Source: Psilocybe cubensis (taxonomy: Eukaryota). From it: a DNA stretch of 64,000 nt. Below the pieces are notes generated by a model, which saw nothing but the letters and a program-made list of their open reading frames with translations, made no database searches and was not told where the DNA came from. This document shows, piece by piece, positions 29,325-42,500 of the stretch; the first letter of the stretch is position 1, and every line of letters starts with the position of its first letter. The stretch spans positions 2,976,001 through 3,040,000 of the forward strand of contig CM039000.1 of the NCBI GenBank assembly GCA_017499595.2, given 5' to 3'. Made by a program: the position numbers and the translations under genes.

Positions 29325-29631
29325 ATGTCTTTGCTTCGCAATGCCTTGCCGTTGCAGCTGAATCAAGGCCACTTGCTTGTCATATTATCGATATTCTTTT
29401 TTGTCACAGCCGGTTATGCTGTACTTTTTAGCGCCTTTTTACCCTTGACTGGATTCCCCGTGAGCGCGCTCATGATCGCTTGCAGCACATGTAACATTTA
29501 CCAAACCCCAGATACTCGATGTTTTAGCAAAGGATACCCACTACAAGTATTTCTTTTTGCTATTAATACCTACGACCTCCTATTTTGTCATTGCAAATTG
29601 GGTTGGCTGGCAGTACTATCGCAATTCATAA
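29325..29631 (+). CDS. PIG-Y-like small membrane protein (GPI-GlcNAc transferase subunit Y family)
   Basis: Two exons; exon 2 is ILDVLAKDTHYKYFFLLLIPTTSYFVIANWVGWQYYRNS*; two TM segments. Confidence 0.8.
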
Positions 29632-29837
29632 CCCCAATGCGCTCAGGTACGCATCAATATGCTCTCTGGAACGCTCCATCTGATACATTGACAGTGATTA
29701 AAATCATAAATTGGGTCCATACTACATAACACTATGCATAGCATACCGACAACAACAAAGCATAGACAAAATGCGACAATAAATTAGTTCGAATAAATTA
29801 AATCAAGTCCGTGGGTGACCGTGCAGGGAAAAAAAAA

Positions 29838-32800
29838 TCACAGATTTCTTGGCCGTCGGTTCTGATTGATGTCCTTCAAGGCAGACCAGAGTCTCCCACC
29901 ACCCTCCTTGCTCCGTACTGGAGATGCTTGTACGTTGGCAAAACTTGGGCTTTTGGTGTGTCTGTCTGGCATAGAAACAATAGAGCGAACTGGGCTAGGT
30001 TGACGAGCAGCCGACGCTCCGTACTCGGAGCGAACGACACTCCTTTCCGACCTCGCTTTGGGGCTCTTCGCTCTCCGTGTGCGTGGGATAAAGGCTTCCT
30101 TCAATGGTTCGACCCTCGCGTCGCTTAATTGACTCTCGGTGTCGTCTGCATCGCGAGTGGGTCTGCGAGCAAAGATATCACTTGTCCCAGAATAAAGTGG
30201 TCGAGAACGGACGATGGGTTGCCGTGGATTAGCTGCAGGTAGTCGGAGATACTTCGCTCGACTAAAATGTGGACTTAGATCCTGGCAGGTGAAACAGATC
30301 AAAACAATTGGTAACACTTACGCGACTGCCTTGAGGGTTGTCTTGGTTTTGTATGCTTGTGTCCATCTCTCGAAAAATTTGGCTGAGAGGATTTAATTCA
30401 GTCACCCACGTTGAAACTAAACCAAAGGAGCCACAAACCCAATGTGTTGTATGTGTCAATCTCCCTCGCCTTTTTTGCGCGTAATGCATTTGGCATGGCA
30501 TCTCTCCATCTACGGAAGAATTTCTCCTTGAGATGTTTAGAATGGAATCGTACTGCGGGCAAAGACTGAATACAGAGTCAGTAAGTTGACCCTTGCGCAC
30601 GCACAATGGGGCAAACCTCACCTCTGTTTTAGATACCCAAACCCTGAATGCTTGCGACATGATGATTTTTTGGTTATCGATGATGACAGTATACTCCTAT
30701 ATTGAAGAATGAGATTTTCCTGAATAGACGCCATGTCTGGCAAACACTTACCAATGGTCTTAGCCGCTCTTCCTTGAATCTCTCTCGCCATTTTTCCCAT
30801 GCCGAAGTTATCGCCAAATGGCGCAGCTGGGCTTCTTTGCGCTCATGGGTCAATCGTCGATGTTCAATTGATCGTTTGGCTGATAGCCAGTGCACAAAGA
30901 CACGTCGAAGTAGATCTGCAACATTTAATTAGATAGTTTATTCAAAGCGGTTCTTTGAGTCATTACCTTCTCGTTTGACAAGTAGATAATTTTCCAAAAG
31001 GCTTATCTCCTCAGCATGCTTACGCTGGCAAATTTTCCATCTCTTGAAGGCGGTGCTAATAAAAATTTAAGTCAGAGACGATCTTTTCTTGGATACACCC
31101 GGATCAGATTTTACCTTTGAAGAGAAAGATTGTATCGGTGTACCACATCCAGTTCACGAGATTTGAGTTCAATCACACGATTTGTCCAGTGAGTAAGCGT
31201 GGTAAACAGTAAACGCTAGGCTAACGTCAGAACAGTGCTTTACTTTCAGTTGAATATGTTTACCTTATTTCTACGTTGCTGCACGGTTAGTTCGCATTCT
31301 TTCAGATACTTAATCTGCCTCGTTCGATCTCGCCAAACTGGAAATATCGTCAATGAAACCGTTGCCTGAGGTCATCACTATGTCGGACTTGCCTTTCATA
31401 ATCTTTTCAACCTTTGATAAGTTCCAAAGTTTTAATCGCTCCTGACGTTTCCGTTCTTCCATTGCCAGAACCCATACATTCCACGCCCTTCTCGTGGCAA
31501 AAAATCTATTAGCCCATCGAGCTACTTTGGCTGACTGCGCTTGCTCTCGTAGTCGCAGGCGCCAAAGTAATAACATTTTAGCACGTAAGCGATCTTTGTC
31601 GTAGCTGACGGCATAAGCATGAGCATTTCGATGTGTCTGTAGGACTTGACGCCAACGAGCAATAGTAGAACCGACAAGACGGTTGTCAGTCCGATTAAAG
31701 TGGACCACAGCAACATCTGAGGAGTCTTGTGAGTAAATCGAGGGCCTAACAGGTTACTGGCCTTACCCATCCGCGCATTATTACTTGCGATTTTGGCTAA
31801 CCACTTTTTCCATGCGTTTTGTAGATCCTGTCTTGAACGGAAGTCTTCATACTTTTTGCCACGCATTCGGGCTCTCCAGATTCTGATAATTGCCCGGCAA
31901 AGGAGATCATCCTGCCTGGCGAGATGCTTGTCTGCACGACGTTCCAGAAGCTAGTATATGGAATACACAGATTAGCTATGAACATTAACAAGGCGTACTG
32001 CAAAGATACTCACTTTAAGGTTCGTTTGTGTCCGTTTCCATTTCTGCATTGTCCGTTTCAATATCATTCCATCTCTGAACTTATCGCTAAGCCTAGCTTG
32101 TGCGCTGAAATCGATTTGTTGAGGTTATACTATGTTTTAAGCAAAAATGCACTTACATGCGCTTCCTCCATAGGTCAAAAGCCGTGGTCATGACCCTGCA
32201 ATCTACTTTACGCGTTATGATCCTTTGATCTCCACGCAAGCTGGTAGCTTGCTTCCAGACATTCCAAAAATGCTGCAAAGACCTGAGATAAACATGTTCT
32301 GCAAAATCGTCTGCGATCACATCTAAGTTGTCCAGTACAATCAATCGTCCTTTCCATCGTCCGTGATGGCGCACAAGTAGAGTAGATCGATAATGTTTAT
32401 CCGCTCGACGAGAAAGTTGAAGTAGTCGCCATTTCTCCCATGCCTCCTTCATCACTCTGTTGTCGGAGAGCATTTTAACAGTCTTCATTTTATTGCGCAT
32501 ATCGTTTCTCCAGGCTGCTTGTCGCCTTTGCCTCAGTCGTGCCTGCCATATTTTGAAGAATTTTTTGAGATTGCGTCTTTGGAACTGATTGACCAATTCG
32601 TTCTCAGCTACTATCCGTATATTCACGCGATTTTGCCAGCGTTGCATATACGTCTTTAGGTCAATCTTGTCTCGGGCTTCCGCAACTTGTTTATGAGTCG
32701 TCTGCGATTCGGTAAGGCTGACGGAGAAGCTTGAGATTGTGAGAGACTCACCAAAATCCATGACAAACCCTGTCGCCACATCTCTATATACCGACGAACC

Positions 32801-33745
32801 AGCTTGTCTTCCCGAAATTTATCAGCCGCCTTTTCATCTCGTTCCATTTGGATATTTTTCCACACATCATCCGGATTTATAGATTTCTTTTGATCTTTTG
32901 GCATATTGGGATTGCGGGACATCGCCATATTAGAGTTTAAATGTGAAGACGCCTTCGGGGGCACTAAACGCGAGGTGGGTTTCGTCAGAGCTGTTGATTT
33001 GTAGGACGGAGGGACAGGAGATAAATTTCCAACATCCTCAGACGCGACAGTTGAATCCATTTCAAAGGCCAGTGCCTTAGATGGTGGGCGGGCAGCTGAT
33101 ATACTTGACATATCCATTGTATCTCCCTGGAAGGGTTGTGGAAAGAAATCGGTCGGTCCTCGTCTTCGGGTGGGTATACGAGTGTCAGCTCTCGATAGGA
33201 TTTCACGTTTCGATTCTGGAATCCATGATGTAGGCTGGTTTCGCTCGTTGATGGGTGTATCATAGGAGTTTTCAGAGAGTCCAGCTTGGGTCTGAGATAG
33301 GAAGGGGTGGTTGACATCAGTTTCTGATTGGAAACTTTGTAGAGGTGTGCCCGGACTCTGGAAAGATTGTGTCAGTGAGTTAGGGTGTTAGGGTAGATAT
33401 GCATATGACACGTACCAAGCTAGCTTGATCTTTGACCTTTCTCCACTTCTCCCCCCAATCCTTGCCCTTCAGGTTTCCTAGCTTCAAAAGCTTTCCATAG
33501 TAGACGACTTCTTGAGGGTCTAGGCCACGTTCTTTTAGTACGTCCGAGTACGCCTTGAATATCTTAAAGAAAGTTGTGGCGGAAGGACCAGCGCGATCTA
33601 TCACGGCATCCAGAATGTCGATATCTTCTGGGGAAAGATGTTGGAGTTCTGGTGCCACCGCGACAGAGGGTTCTGTCCGAGAGGAAGTGCTGAGAGCAGA
33701 TGTCCTAATCGGAGGGGATGCGCGTGTAGGTTGAAAACGGTGCAT
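29838..33745 (-). CDS. SFI1: Sfi1 spindle-pole-body centrin-binding repeat protein
   Basis: Many A-x7-L-x3-F/W-x2-W[K/R] repeats (e.g. ADKFREDKLVRRYIEMWRQ, LKKFFKIWQ, MTTAFDLWRK) across many exons. Confidence 0.85.
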
Positions 33746-33865
33746 TGTTTACACCAAACTATGCCGAGCAAAGTAGCATTAACAAAGACAGAGGTAAGCG
33801 TCTCTAAAGTAAGCGAAGAGCACACCAATGATCGTGACGACGCGTTATTGGCACCCGTGACCGTG

Positions 33866-33899
33866 TAATAATAATAATACAATAATGATAATAATTAAC
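33866..33899. repeat. Imperfect (TAA)n tract
   Basis: GTAATAATAATAATACAATAATGATAATAATT between the TF stop and the SFI1 start. Confidence 0.7.
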
Positions 33900-34003
33900 A
33901 AATACATGAAATACATAATCATACATTCCTTAGATTTATTTAATTAATTACATGTATAAGTTTGCTACCCTAAATCAAGACTCAAGACCACCCACCGCCG
34001 TAC

Positions 34004-36708
34004 TCAAGGGCTCCAGCCAGACACAGAAACCGGCTGCGACCAAGCCATAGGCTGGATATCAGGGCTTTTCCAAAGTTGCCAAGACTCGTTGAAACCTTGC
34101 ACATCTTCACTTGGAGGGGGAGAAATTGGTTGATGAGAAGTAACGGTCTTGATAAAATGAGAAAGACTGAAATCCATGTCGATCACCCCATGCGACCTCT
34201 CTTGATATCCAAAGCTTCCTGGGAGATCCGGTGTGTGGGAACCAGATGAATTGTCGTGATGAACGTCGGGCCAGTAGAATCCATCTGGTGGTGACACCTG
34301 ACGATTTTGTGAGCTATCAAAACTTGAGGAAGAAGATCGCGATTGATGTCGTAAATGGGAATTATGGTTATTTACGAGTCCGTGTTTGTTCATCAGAGAC
34401 GACAGAAACCTTGAATATAGAGCAGGGGTATGCCTTCCGTCCAATGCCACATCGTCAGATCCAAGCACGGATATCAAGCGAGATACCGTGACAATGATAT
34501 CATTCTGCGTAGTATCGTCTAGGAGATGAATAAAGCGCGGTCGAAACAGCTAGACATACAGGGTGATCATTGGAAATGATTAATTGTAGGCAGTGAACAG
34601 ATACTTACATTAATCAAGAAGGCCCCAGCGAAAGATACATACAAGAAGGTTGCGTCCATGGCATAACGAAGGAACCCCGTTGGGTACATTAGCTCCAACG
34701 TAATACGAATCACAGCTCGGGCAGCCTCTATTGATTTAATCAAAATTTCAGAATCTGGGCGTAAGTCTTCGATCCTTGCTTTTTGAAAGCCGACAAGGAG
34801 AACAACCAGCTTCAAATAAGCCGTGATCCTATGGTTATAATAAGTATAAAACGCCGTAAAGAGAGCAAGAAATCAACTGACATTTGTGTTGTGTTTCCGC
34901 GATAGCTACAAATAGGCATAGCTGACATCGGACTGTTAGTCATAGGCTTTATCGACGTTGAACTTAACCTACGCATGATCATATATTCCTCAGCGTATGC
35001 GGTTGCCCAAAGATCCATCTCGTGAGCTAAGATAGCCTGCGTTCTAATTGCTGCGGCTATGACCTCGTCAGGCTACAGATGAAAGATGAGCAGTGAGGTC
35101 CGAGCAGAACCAGGCCTATTTACCTGATGCCCCGGACTTGTTACGTCCTCTTTCATATATTCTCTCCACTGGGCCATATGGATAATCATCTGGACGTACC
35201 CGCATAGATGAACGTCATAAGGAGAATTTAGTGGAGACGTTTTGTACCAGTTCCGCGAGTTGCGCGCAATGTAATCATCAAGGTGTAACATGGGCAACTT
35301 TCCAAATTGGATAGCATGAGAACCGTCCACACAATAGCAGTTCAACCATGTACGAGTTCGATTCAACGCCTCTCGAATATCAAGATGGGCCGGAGGTGGC
35401 TGATTTAACCCCAGTTCTATTGCCATTCTGTTGGAGAAGTTGGCTTCTATATCACAATCAACAAAATAAGCGCTCACCGTATTGCAACACCCATCAGAAG
35501 CCAACTTCGGTCTTCAGCCCATCTTTTCTTTGGCACGGGATAGACAGCCAATATCAAGTACGCCTGGCAAACTTCCACGCTCCTGTCTCCTTCCACCAAT
35601 CCTTTACCGGCGCAATCGCGCGCAAATTCCATTGCTAGCGAATAAAGATTAGGCCGAGCTGTATAATAACGTGATGCAACGGCACAGACTAGAAATAAAA
35701 TTAAAGCTGTCCCTCGCTAGAAAGACATCACAGGGGCACTCACTAACGGTGAACAAAAATGGGCTGTCCCATAGCAGCTTCTCAGGCTTATGGTAGTTTT
35801 GGTCAAGAAGAGAGAAATACGGCTAGATTTGACTGTTAGGGGCGATGACATCGGAGCGGACCCTTTTGCTCACATTAACCTGATTGAAGTAACTACGTAG
35901 GCATGTATCAGCCCTGGCCGAAGAAATTACTCATGCTATCAACTTACATATCAAAAAGCTCTAGGATATCTTCAGGATATAGTCCGCAGTGTTTAACGAT
36001 CGGAGGAGGAATGAATGGCAACATTCCTAAAAATAAGGTAAGATAAAGTGCACGGCTATGCAAGGGAATGATCGACCTGACGAAAAGTAAGATATGACAG
36101 CTGATTCGGGGGCTTTCCCCTTATGCATCCAATTCAGATGCTGCTGTATTTCAAGAGTATCTGATTAACGGTATATCAGTTCGTTTTAGACGCTCGATGG
36201 ATTGCACTCACTATTGTCATTGAACGAGGCTTTGGAAACCCACTGGTTGACCTTCTGTTCGTTGCACCGCTGATCGTATTGCCCCAAAAGACTTTGAATG
36301 TACAAATCTTGCTCATGAGACCGTTCTTGAAGTTGTTCGTGTGTGCTAAAATACATTAAGTGACGTTCAATGACACAAGTTTAGCTTGTGCTCACTCAGC
36401 AGGTTTCCTCTTTTTCCTTTCTCGTGGATGGCATGGAAGGTTCTTCGTCTGGCATCGGCGACATTTTTTTTCCCCGGGCACGAATTCGCAACGGACCTGA
36501 AAGCATAATTCAGTTAATCAAATAATAGTTGTTGTGTTTCTTGGTCAACCTTGACAGATTTGCAGTCGACGCATGCACCAGATCTTTCAAAAGATTAAGT
36601 CGGACAAACGAAGTCTTCTGAATAATTAACATACGGTTTCTTGGGGCCAACTCGATTGCGCTGAACATGTTCATCAGAGGCCTCAACACTATCCGTATCA
36701 TCGTTCAT
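34004..36708 (-). CDS. Zn(II)2Cys6 fungal transcription factor with fungal-specific middle homology region (PriB-like)
   Basis: Spliced N-terminus GACVDCKSVK|VRCEFVPGEKKCRRCQTKNLPCHPRERKKRK; later RMAIELGL..RTRTWLNCYCVDGSHAIQFGK. Confidence 0.9.
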
Positions 36709-38016
36709 GAAGCTGAAAGTTCGCGATGCCGCCACTTGAGAAGGCATTATTTTGGAAGTTGTATGGATGATCTACGTCTAAACTTGACACTTCAGCCAAG
36801 CTATGCGTAGGGAGACCAATGGACTCACAATATGTGTGTACGTGGTTAGACTGTTTGCGTTGTGGAAACTAGTAGGAGCTGTAGATGAAGATGTAAAGGA
36901 CGCCAAATTTCGACTTAGCGAACGAGATGATGTGAGTATTAATATATGTTGTTCCTATGAAGGTACCGATGTCTGCGGTGCATAACGTGGGCCTGTGTAC
37001 TTAAGTACTAAATCCGACTATTGATCGTAACAGATCTATTACCTTCCATCCAATATGTCCGTCGACTACATCGAGTCCCGAAGTAGGCCGTTGTTGACGC
37101 CCGTAAGGGTTGGCCTTGGGCAAGTTGCGTAATATGACACTCGCAGCTGTACAAGAAAGAAGTTACTAATGGACTAAGATTTTCTTCCCAAAAGAGAATA
37201 TGCAAACACGTTGAAACATGAACCAATCTTGAAACCGGAGGCCATTCCAATATGTGTGCGTATCAATTGATTTGCAAAATTGAGGCTTCGAGACGACTCG
37301 TTTGGGCTGATGTGAACATGCAGAAGAGTATTTGCAGCATTTAGATGCATGGTTCCCAGGTGGCAAGGACCCTGAAGACGATCTTCCGAGCGCTCCCGGC
37401 CGGCGCTGAGCGCTGGATGTAGGCATGTGGCTTAGGCAAGCGTAGTCGTCGGTCAACAACTTGACAAGATCATTGATCTTCTTGTGAACCAGTTCTGCGC
37501 CGAGCTGCCGTGCGACGATCTTATTTCCCACAGTAAACACAGGCTAGAAACACCGGTAAACTTCCATCCACCCCCTTGCACGGACTTCAGAGTCACCATT
37601 GGCTAAGATACATTCTTGATACATCCTCTCCGAACGTCAGTTTCTCCCTCGTGTCGTCTCGGCAAGCACTATTCCTGCTCGTGGCAACAGAACACTCGTT
37701 TGTCTGTCCCATAACACCAACTAGCTTGGTATCGGGGTTCTTTTGGCTGAGCTAACTCGAACATGGCTGAAGTTTCCCAAAAAAAACACCCTGATTTTTG
37801 AATCTGCACTCCTATCTCGACATGTTCTATTTTATCTCTAATTGCTGAGTGACGTTGATTCATTTATCCCCATCGACAATCTTCAGCGTGATTATGTGAA
37901 CATACCGGCGACCTCTGGGCCGAAAGTCATGTTCATGACCGTTTATCTATTATCCTAGTCCTCTCCCACTCTGAAATATACGCCCTGCAAATCTCCTCAT
38001 TCATCATATCGACCTC

Positions 38017-39265
38017 ATGTCAGCGACTACCAGCACCAGCGACAATGCTCGTCACGCACTCGAAATGGAATCCGAACTTATGCGTCGCTTTCCCGTACCA
38101 CCGACATTTGAATCCAAGCTTGAGGAGCGGGACTACTTGAAATTCCGACTCGCCCAAGCGTTTCGCATCTTTGGTACATCTGATACATCCTCTACGCGAA
38201 ATAAGCTCATTGTTTTTTCTTTACTTCTAAGGTAATCTGGGATATAATGAGGGTGTCGCCGGCCATATCACTGTGCGGGTAAGTAGTATGCGAGCACAAG
38301 ACCTGGCATGAAACTGTTGGCCGTACTTACTCTAAATTGACGATCATAGGACCCAATAAAGCCCGATTGTTTCTGGGTCAATCCATTTGCAAGTCATTGG
38401 TCACTAAACATCTAGACCCCATGTCTAATAGGCTTTCAGGGATTGCACTTCAGTTTAATCCAACCATCGGATTTACTTCTGGTGGAGTGCGTATTTTAAT
38501 CTAGGTCATGATATGCTGATCTCATGAATTTATAGTCATCAAGGCAAAATCCTCGTGCGCAGTGTCAATCCTTTTTGCCTTCATTATTCAAATGACTTTA
38601 CCAGGACGAATCAGGACCAAGGAGGATTCTGAACGTGGCGGCCTACATGATCCATTCGACTTTACATGCTGCGCGGCCCGATGTTTTATGTGCGGCCCAC
38701 ACACATTCCATCCATGGGAAAGCTTTTTCTACTCTGGGAATCCCACTTGATATGCTGACCCAGGACACATGCGCATTTCATGACGTAATTTTTTTTTTAA
38801 TTTGCGGTCCGAGCTGGCAGATTTTGACCCCCAATGCTATCTATAAATAGGATCACGTCGTCTATACTCAGTTCAAGGGTGTAGTTTTGGACCTTGAGGA
38901 AGGCAAGGCCATAGCGGCGGCCCTTGGAAGCAAGAAGGTACTGTTTTTTAAATGCAATTTTTGTCCGCTTTCTGAACCAGGCAGCGTAGGCCGCAATATT
39001 GCAAAACCATGGAATTCTAGTTGCGACGGATTCTATTGAAGCAACAGTTTTCTTTTTCATCGCTTTAGAAAAGGCGTGTCAAGTCCAACTTTTAGCCGAC
39101 GCCGCTGCTGGTGGAACAGGCAGAGCTACTGTCAAAATTGCTCCTGATGATGCTCTCAATACCTACAAGAAAAATGGCACTCTTCGAGTTGGATGGTTCC
39201 AAGGCCTCCCTGAATTTCAGCTCTTGGAAGCTCGTGAAGGCAAAACTTTCAACTCCACGAAATAA
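38017..39265 (+). CDS. Class II aldolase/adducin-domain protein
   Basis: EGVAGHITVRDP, FWVNPFGLHF, IHSTLHAARPDVLCAAHTHS (HxH Zn ligands), LQNHGIL. Confidence 0.92.
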
Positions 39266-39554
39266 TGATGACTCTCCATGACATCTTCTTATTCCCACCT
39301 GTACAACGTACGCCGTGTATTATTATCAAGCCATATGTCATTCCGTTATTCTCATGTGGAACAACTACCAACGTTTAATGTTATTCTGCAAACGTGCGCT
39401 CAGACGCTTGCCTGATATCTTTGACAATTTGCGAGTTAACGACGGCAAACGGGATTTAGTGAGGGTCAGATGAACAGGATTCTACTCAAAGCTTCTGTTC
39501 CCTAGCATATAAGAGGCCGGATAAGTTGCATGCCTCCCAAAGTCAGCTTCAATT

Positions 39555-42500
39555 ATGCGTCTTCTGGCATTCGCCCACATCATCTGCCTGTCGGTTAATC
39601 TCATCTCCGCAAATCACAACGTATACGAGAGAAATCTTGCCTACAAGTCACCGTTTGTTGACCACCCTCAGGTACGAAGCAGTATTGTTAAGCGCTGGAC
39701 TCTTGTTGTTAATTATCACCGCGACTTCAGCTTGCCCACAACACTAGAAACCTCCATGACACCAACATTCAACGCCGACAAACTATTGATGCGGCCAGTT
39801 TCAAAGATGAGCATTACATTACTTTCTATGGATCAGATTTTAGCAATGTAAGTTTCTTTCTTAATCCTCTTTCCAGGAATAACCGTAGTGATGAAACTAT
39901 AGAGTCCCTTTATATGGAGTGGAGGAGTAAACTTCACACACTCAGGTACGCCTTTCTTTTTGTCTCACAACGAGCGCTTATCTTCCCTTTTTATTTAAAT
40001 TACTTTTGGGCAGTCGCCAGTGTAGGTCTCACAACATACCCTTTCATGTTTAAAACTTACCATTGTTTACCAGGGAGATCCGTTCGATACATCCGTTCTT
40101 CTTTGGACGCGTGCTGTTCCAATTTCCTCTACTGGTGCTTTACCGGACCAAAGCGTGCCTGTTTGCTTATCTTTCAAAATTGCTACCACCTCCGACCTAT
40201 CTGGAAAAATCATAGATAGTGGAGAAGCTTTTACCAGCTATGACGTTGACTGGACAGTTAAGGTTGAAGCCTCGGGTTTGAAACCGGATACAAAATACTT
40301 CTATCAATTCAGCGACTGTGCTTCAAAAACATCAAGTCCTATTGGCTCCACCCGAACAATCGCAAGTGCAAATAGTATGTCTCAAGAACGGTCCCAACCT
40401 CCCGTCTGTCTGACAGCTTGACACCAGCTGCGGCTCGCTCCGTTAACGGCGGAAAACCTTTGGTTCTGGCAGTGTTTTCGTGTTCTCAGTATCAAGCCGG
40501 TACGGCTATCTAACACCTGACGGTTTCTGAAAAGACTTAATGTTCCCTGAGCAAGGATGGTTCAACGCATATGGCTTTGCTGCCCATAATACGACAGCAG
40601 ATATATTTATACACCTTGGTGATTATGTGCGTCAGGCATCTAAGAAGCTTATGTGTTCTATGGAAAACTGATCTTGTCTTCAATAGATTTACGAATCTTT
40701 GGGTAGTGGGTAAGTTCCAACCCAGGACTCCAATTTTAGCTGTAAATTTACCGACTTGGATTACTCTCTCCAGTGCCAAGATCGGCAGACAAACTCTGGG
40801 CCGCGAGCTGGCGACCATTCACGACTATCGACAACGACTCAACCAATACAGAACGGATCAGAGCCTTGTTACTGCGCACCAGAATGCCCCATGGATTACA
40901 GTTTGGTATGTTCACCCTATTCACTGTCTAAAATGTTACTGAAAAGAACGTCATGCTCTGAAATGATCCAAAAGGGCAAGCACCCTCTTCCTCGTTATGT
41001 CTTTTCTTCTTACGCATTTTGGGTATTATAGGATGACCATGAGGGACGCATTTTCAACTTGCTCATATTGCTTACTTCATCTAACCGGTTCTAATAACGG
41101 CGTAAATAGGTCGCAGACAACTCCTGGAAGGCAGGCACGGCAGATTCTAATGACACCACCATTGGCTGCGCCTTTTCTCCCTCGGGAGCGTGTTTCACTG
41201 ATCGGAAGCTGGCGGCCGTGCGCGCTTATCACGAATGGATGCCAATCCGTCAGGTCGACCCCCAGGACAAGCTCAGGATATGGAGAAACTTCCAAATTGG
41301 AAAGCTACTAGATCTTACCATGCTTGATACTCGTAAGTTTCTGATTATCTCTGTTTCTTGCAATTTCTTGATGATGGCCTATATGTGACGCTGTGTTTTG
41401 TCCAGGTCAATATGACCGGGATCTTACTGATGTAGGTTGTTTTTCTTGGATTCGTCTCCACATGATTCCAACACGGCGTACTCACTCGGTCTTTATTAGG
41501 TTTACTACAACACCGGTAAGTCACAAAAATGAACCAGGCCTTGGTGACCGACGTAATGATGGTTCTATTTTTAGAATGTATGTTGGGACTTAGATCCATT
41601 TGCTATGACATGAACAAAACATCGACATTGTCACTCAACTGCTTTTATAGATGTGAACACTATTTCCTCATTTGCGAACCGGTCGCTGATGGGAGCCGCC
41701 CAAGAACAATGTAAAAACCCCTGTCATGGCCACTCATATGGCGCACTGACGGTAGCATATTCAGGGCTGTTCGATACAGTGTCGGAGTCCGAGAAGCGAG
41801 GAGCGGTTTGGCGTGTTCTAGGGTGAGCATTGTGGTTGGGAATCTCAAGTTAGAAGTTATCTCAGCTTGTAATTTAGTCAACAGATAGTTTTCACACAAC
41901 TAAACGAATCAGGAGCATGTGGGCGTTTACTCTCAATCAGACATTGTTTTTCGGCGCTGACCTAACATCACTAATTTGCGTCAGTTGACTTGGTTAGTGT
42001 AACGAGGCTGTATTTTATGGTGCTTCATTTAATTTAAATTCGAAAGGATGCATGGGATGGATACCGGGCCAATCGTGCTCGCGTGCTCGACCATCTCTAC
42101 AACAACAAGATCAGCAATACCATCATTTTATCTGGAGACAGCCACGCTAACTGGGTATCTGATCTAGCTCGTAGGTCCACTCTATGACTGATATTTGGTA
42201 GGTGCACTAACAACTTGTTTCAATTTCTACAGATCCCAATGACACAGTAACGTATGCATCATAGGAATTGTTCAGTTTGATTATTGTTGTACTAACTGGT
42301 TGTAGCTACAACCCTACCACGGGTGCAGGTGCTATTGGTGTGGAGTTTGCGGGTACTGCCGTTACATCAGGGTCTGCCTTTGGTAGTGGTATCACTCCTG
42401 AGAAGGCAGATGTTATATCACGCACTCTCGTCGATGTCAATGCTGACCTTCAATGGAGCGAAGGATCTTATCGTGGCTTCTTCACATTGTCGATTGACTC

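Noticed and set aside
37598-37612. TTGGCTAAGAT resembling the U2 snRNA 5' region
   Set aside because: Match is only ~11 nt, and the GTAGTA branch-pairing sequence is absent.
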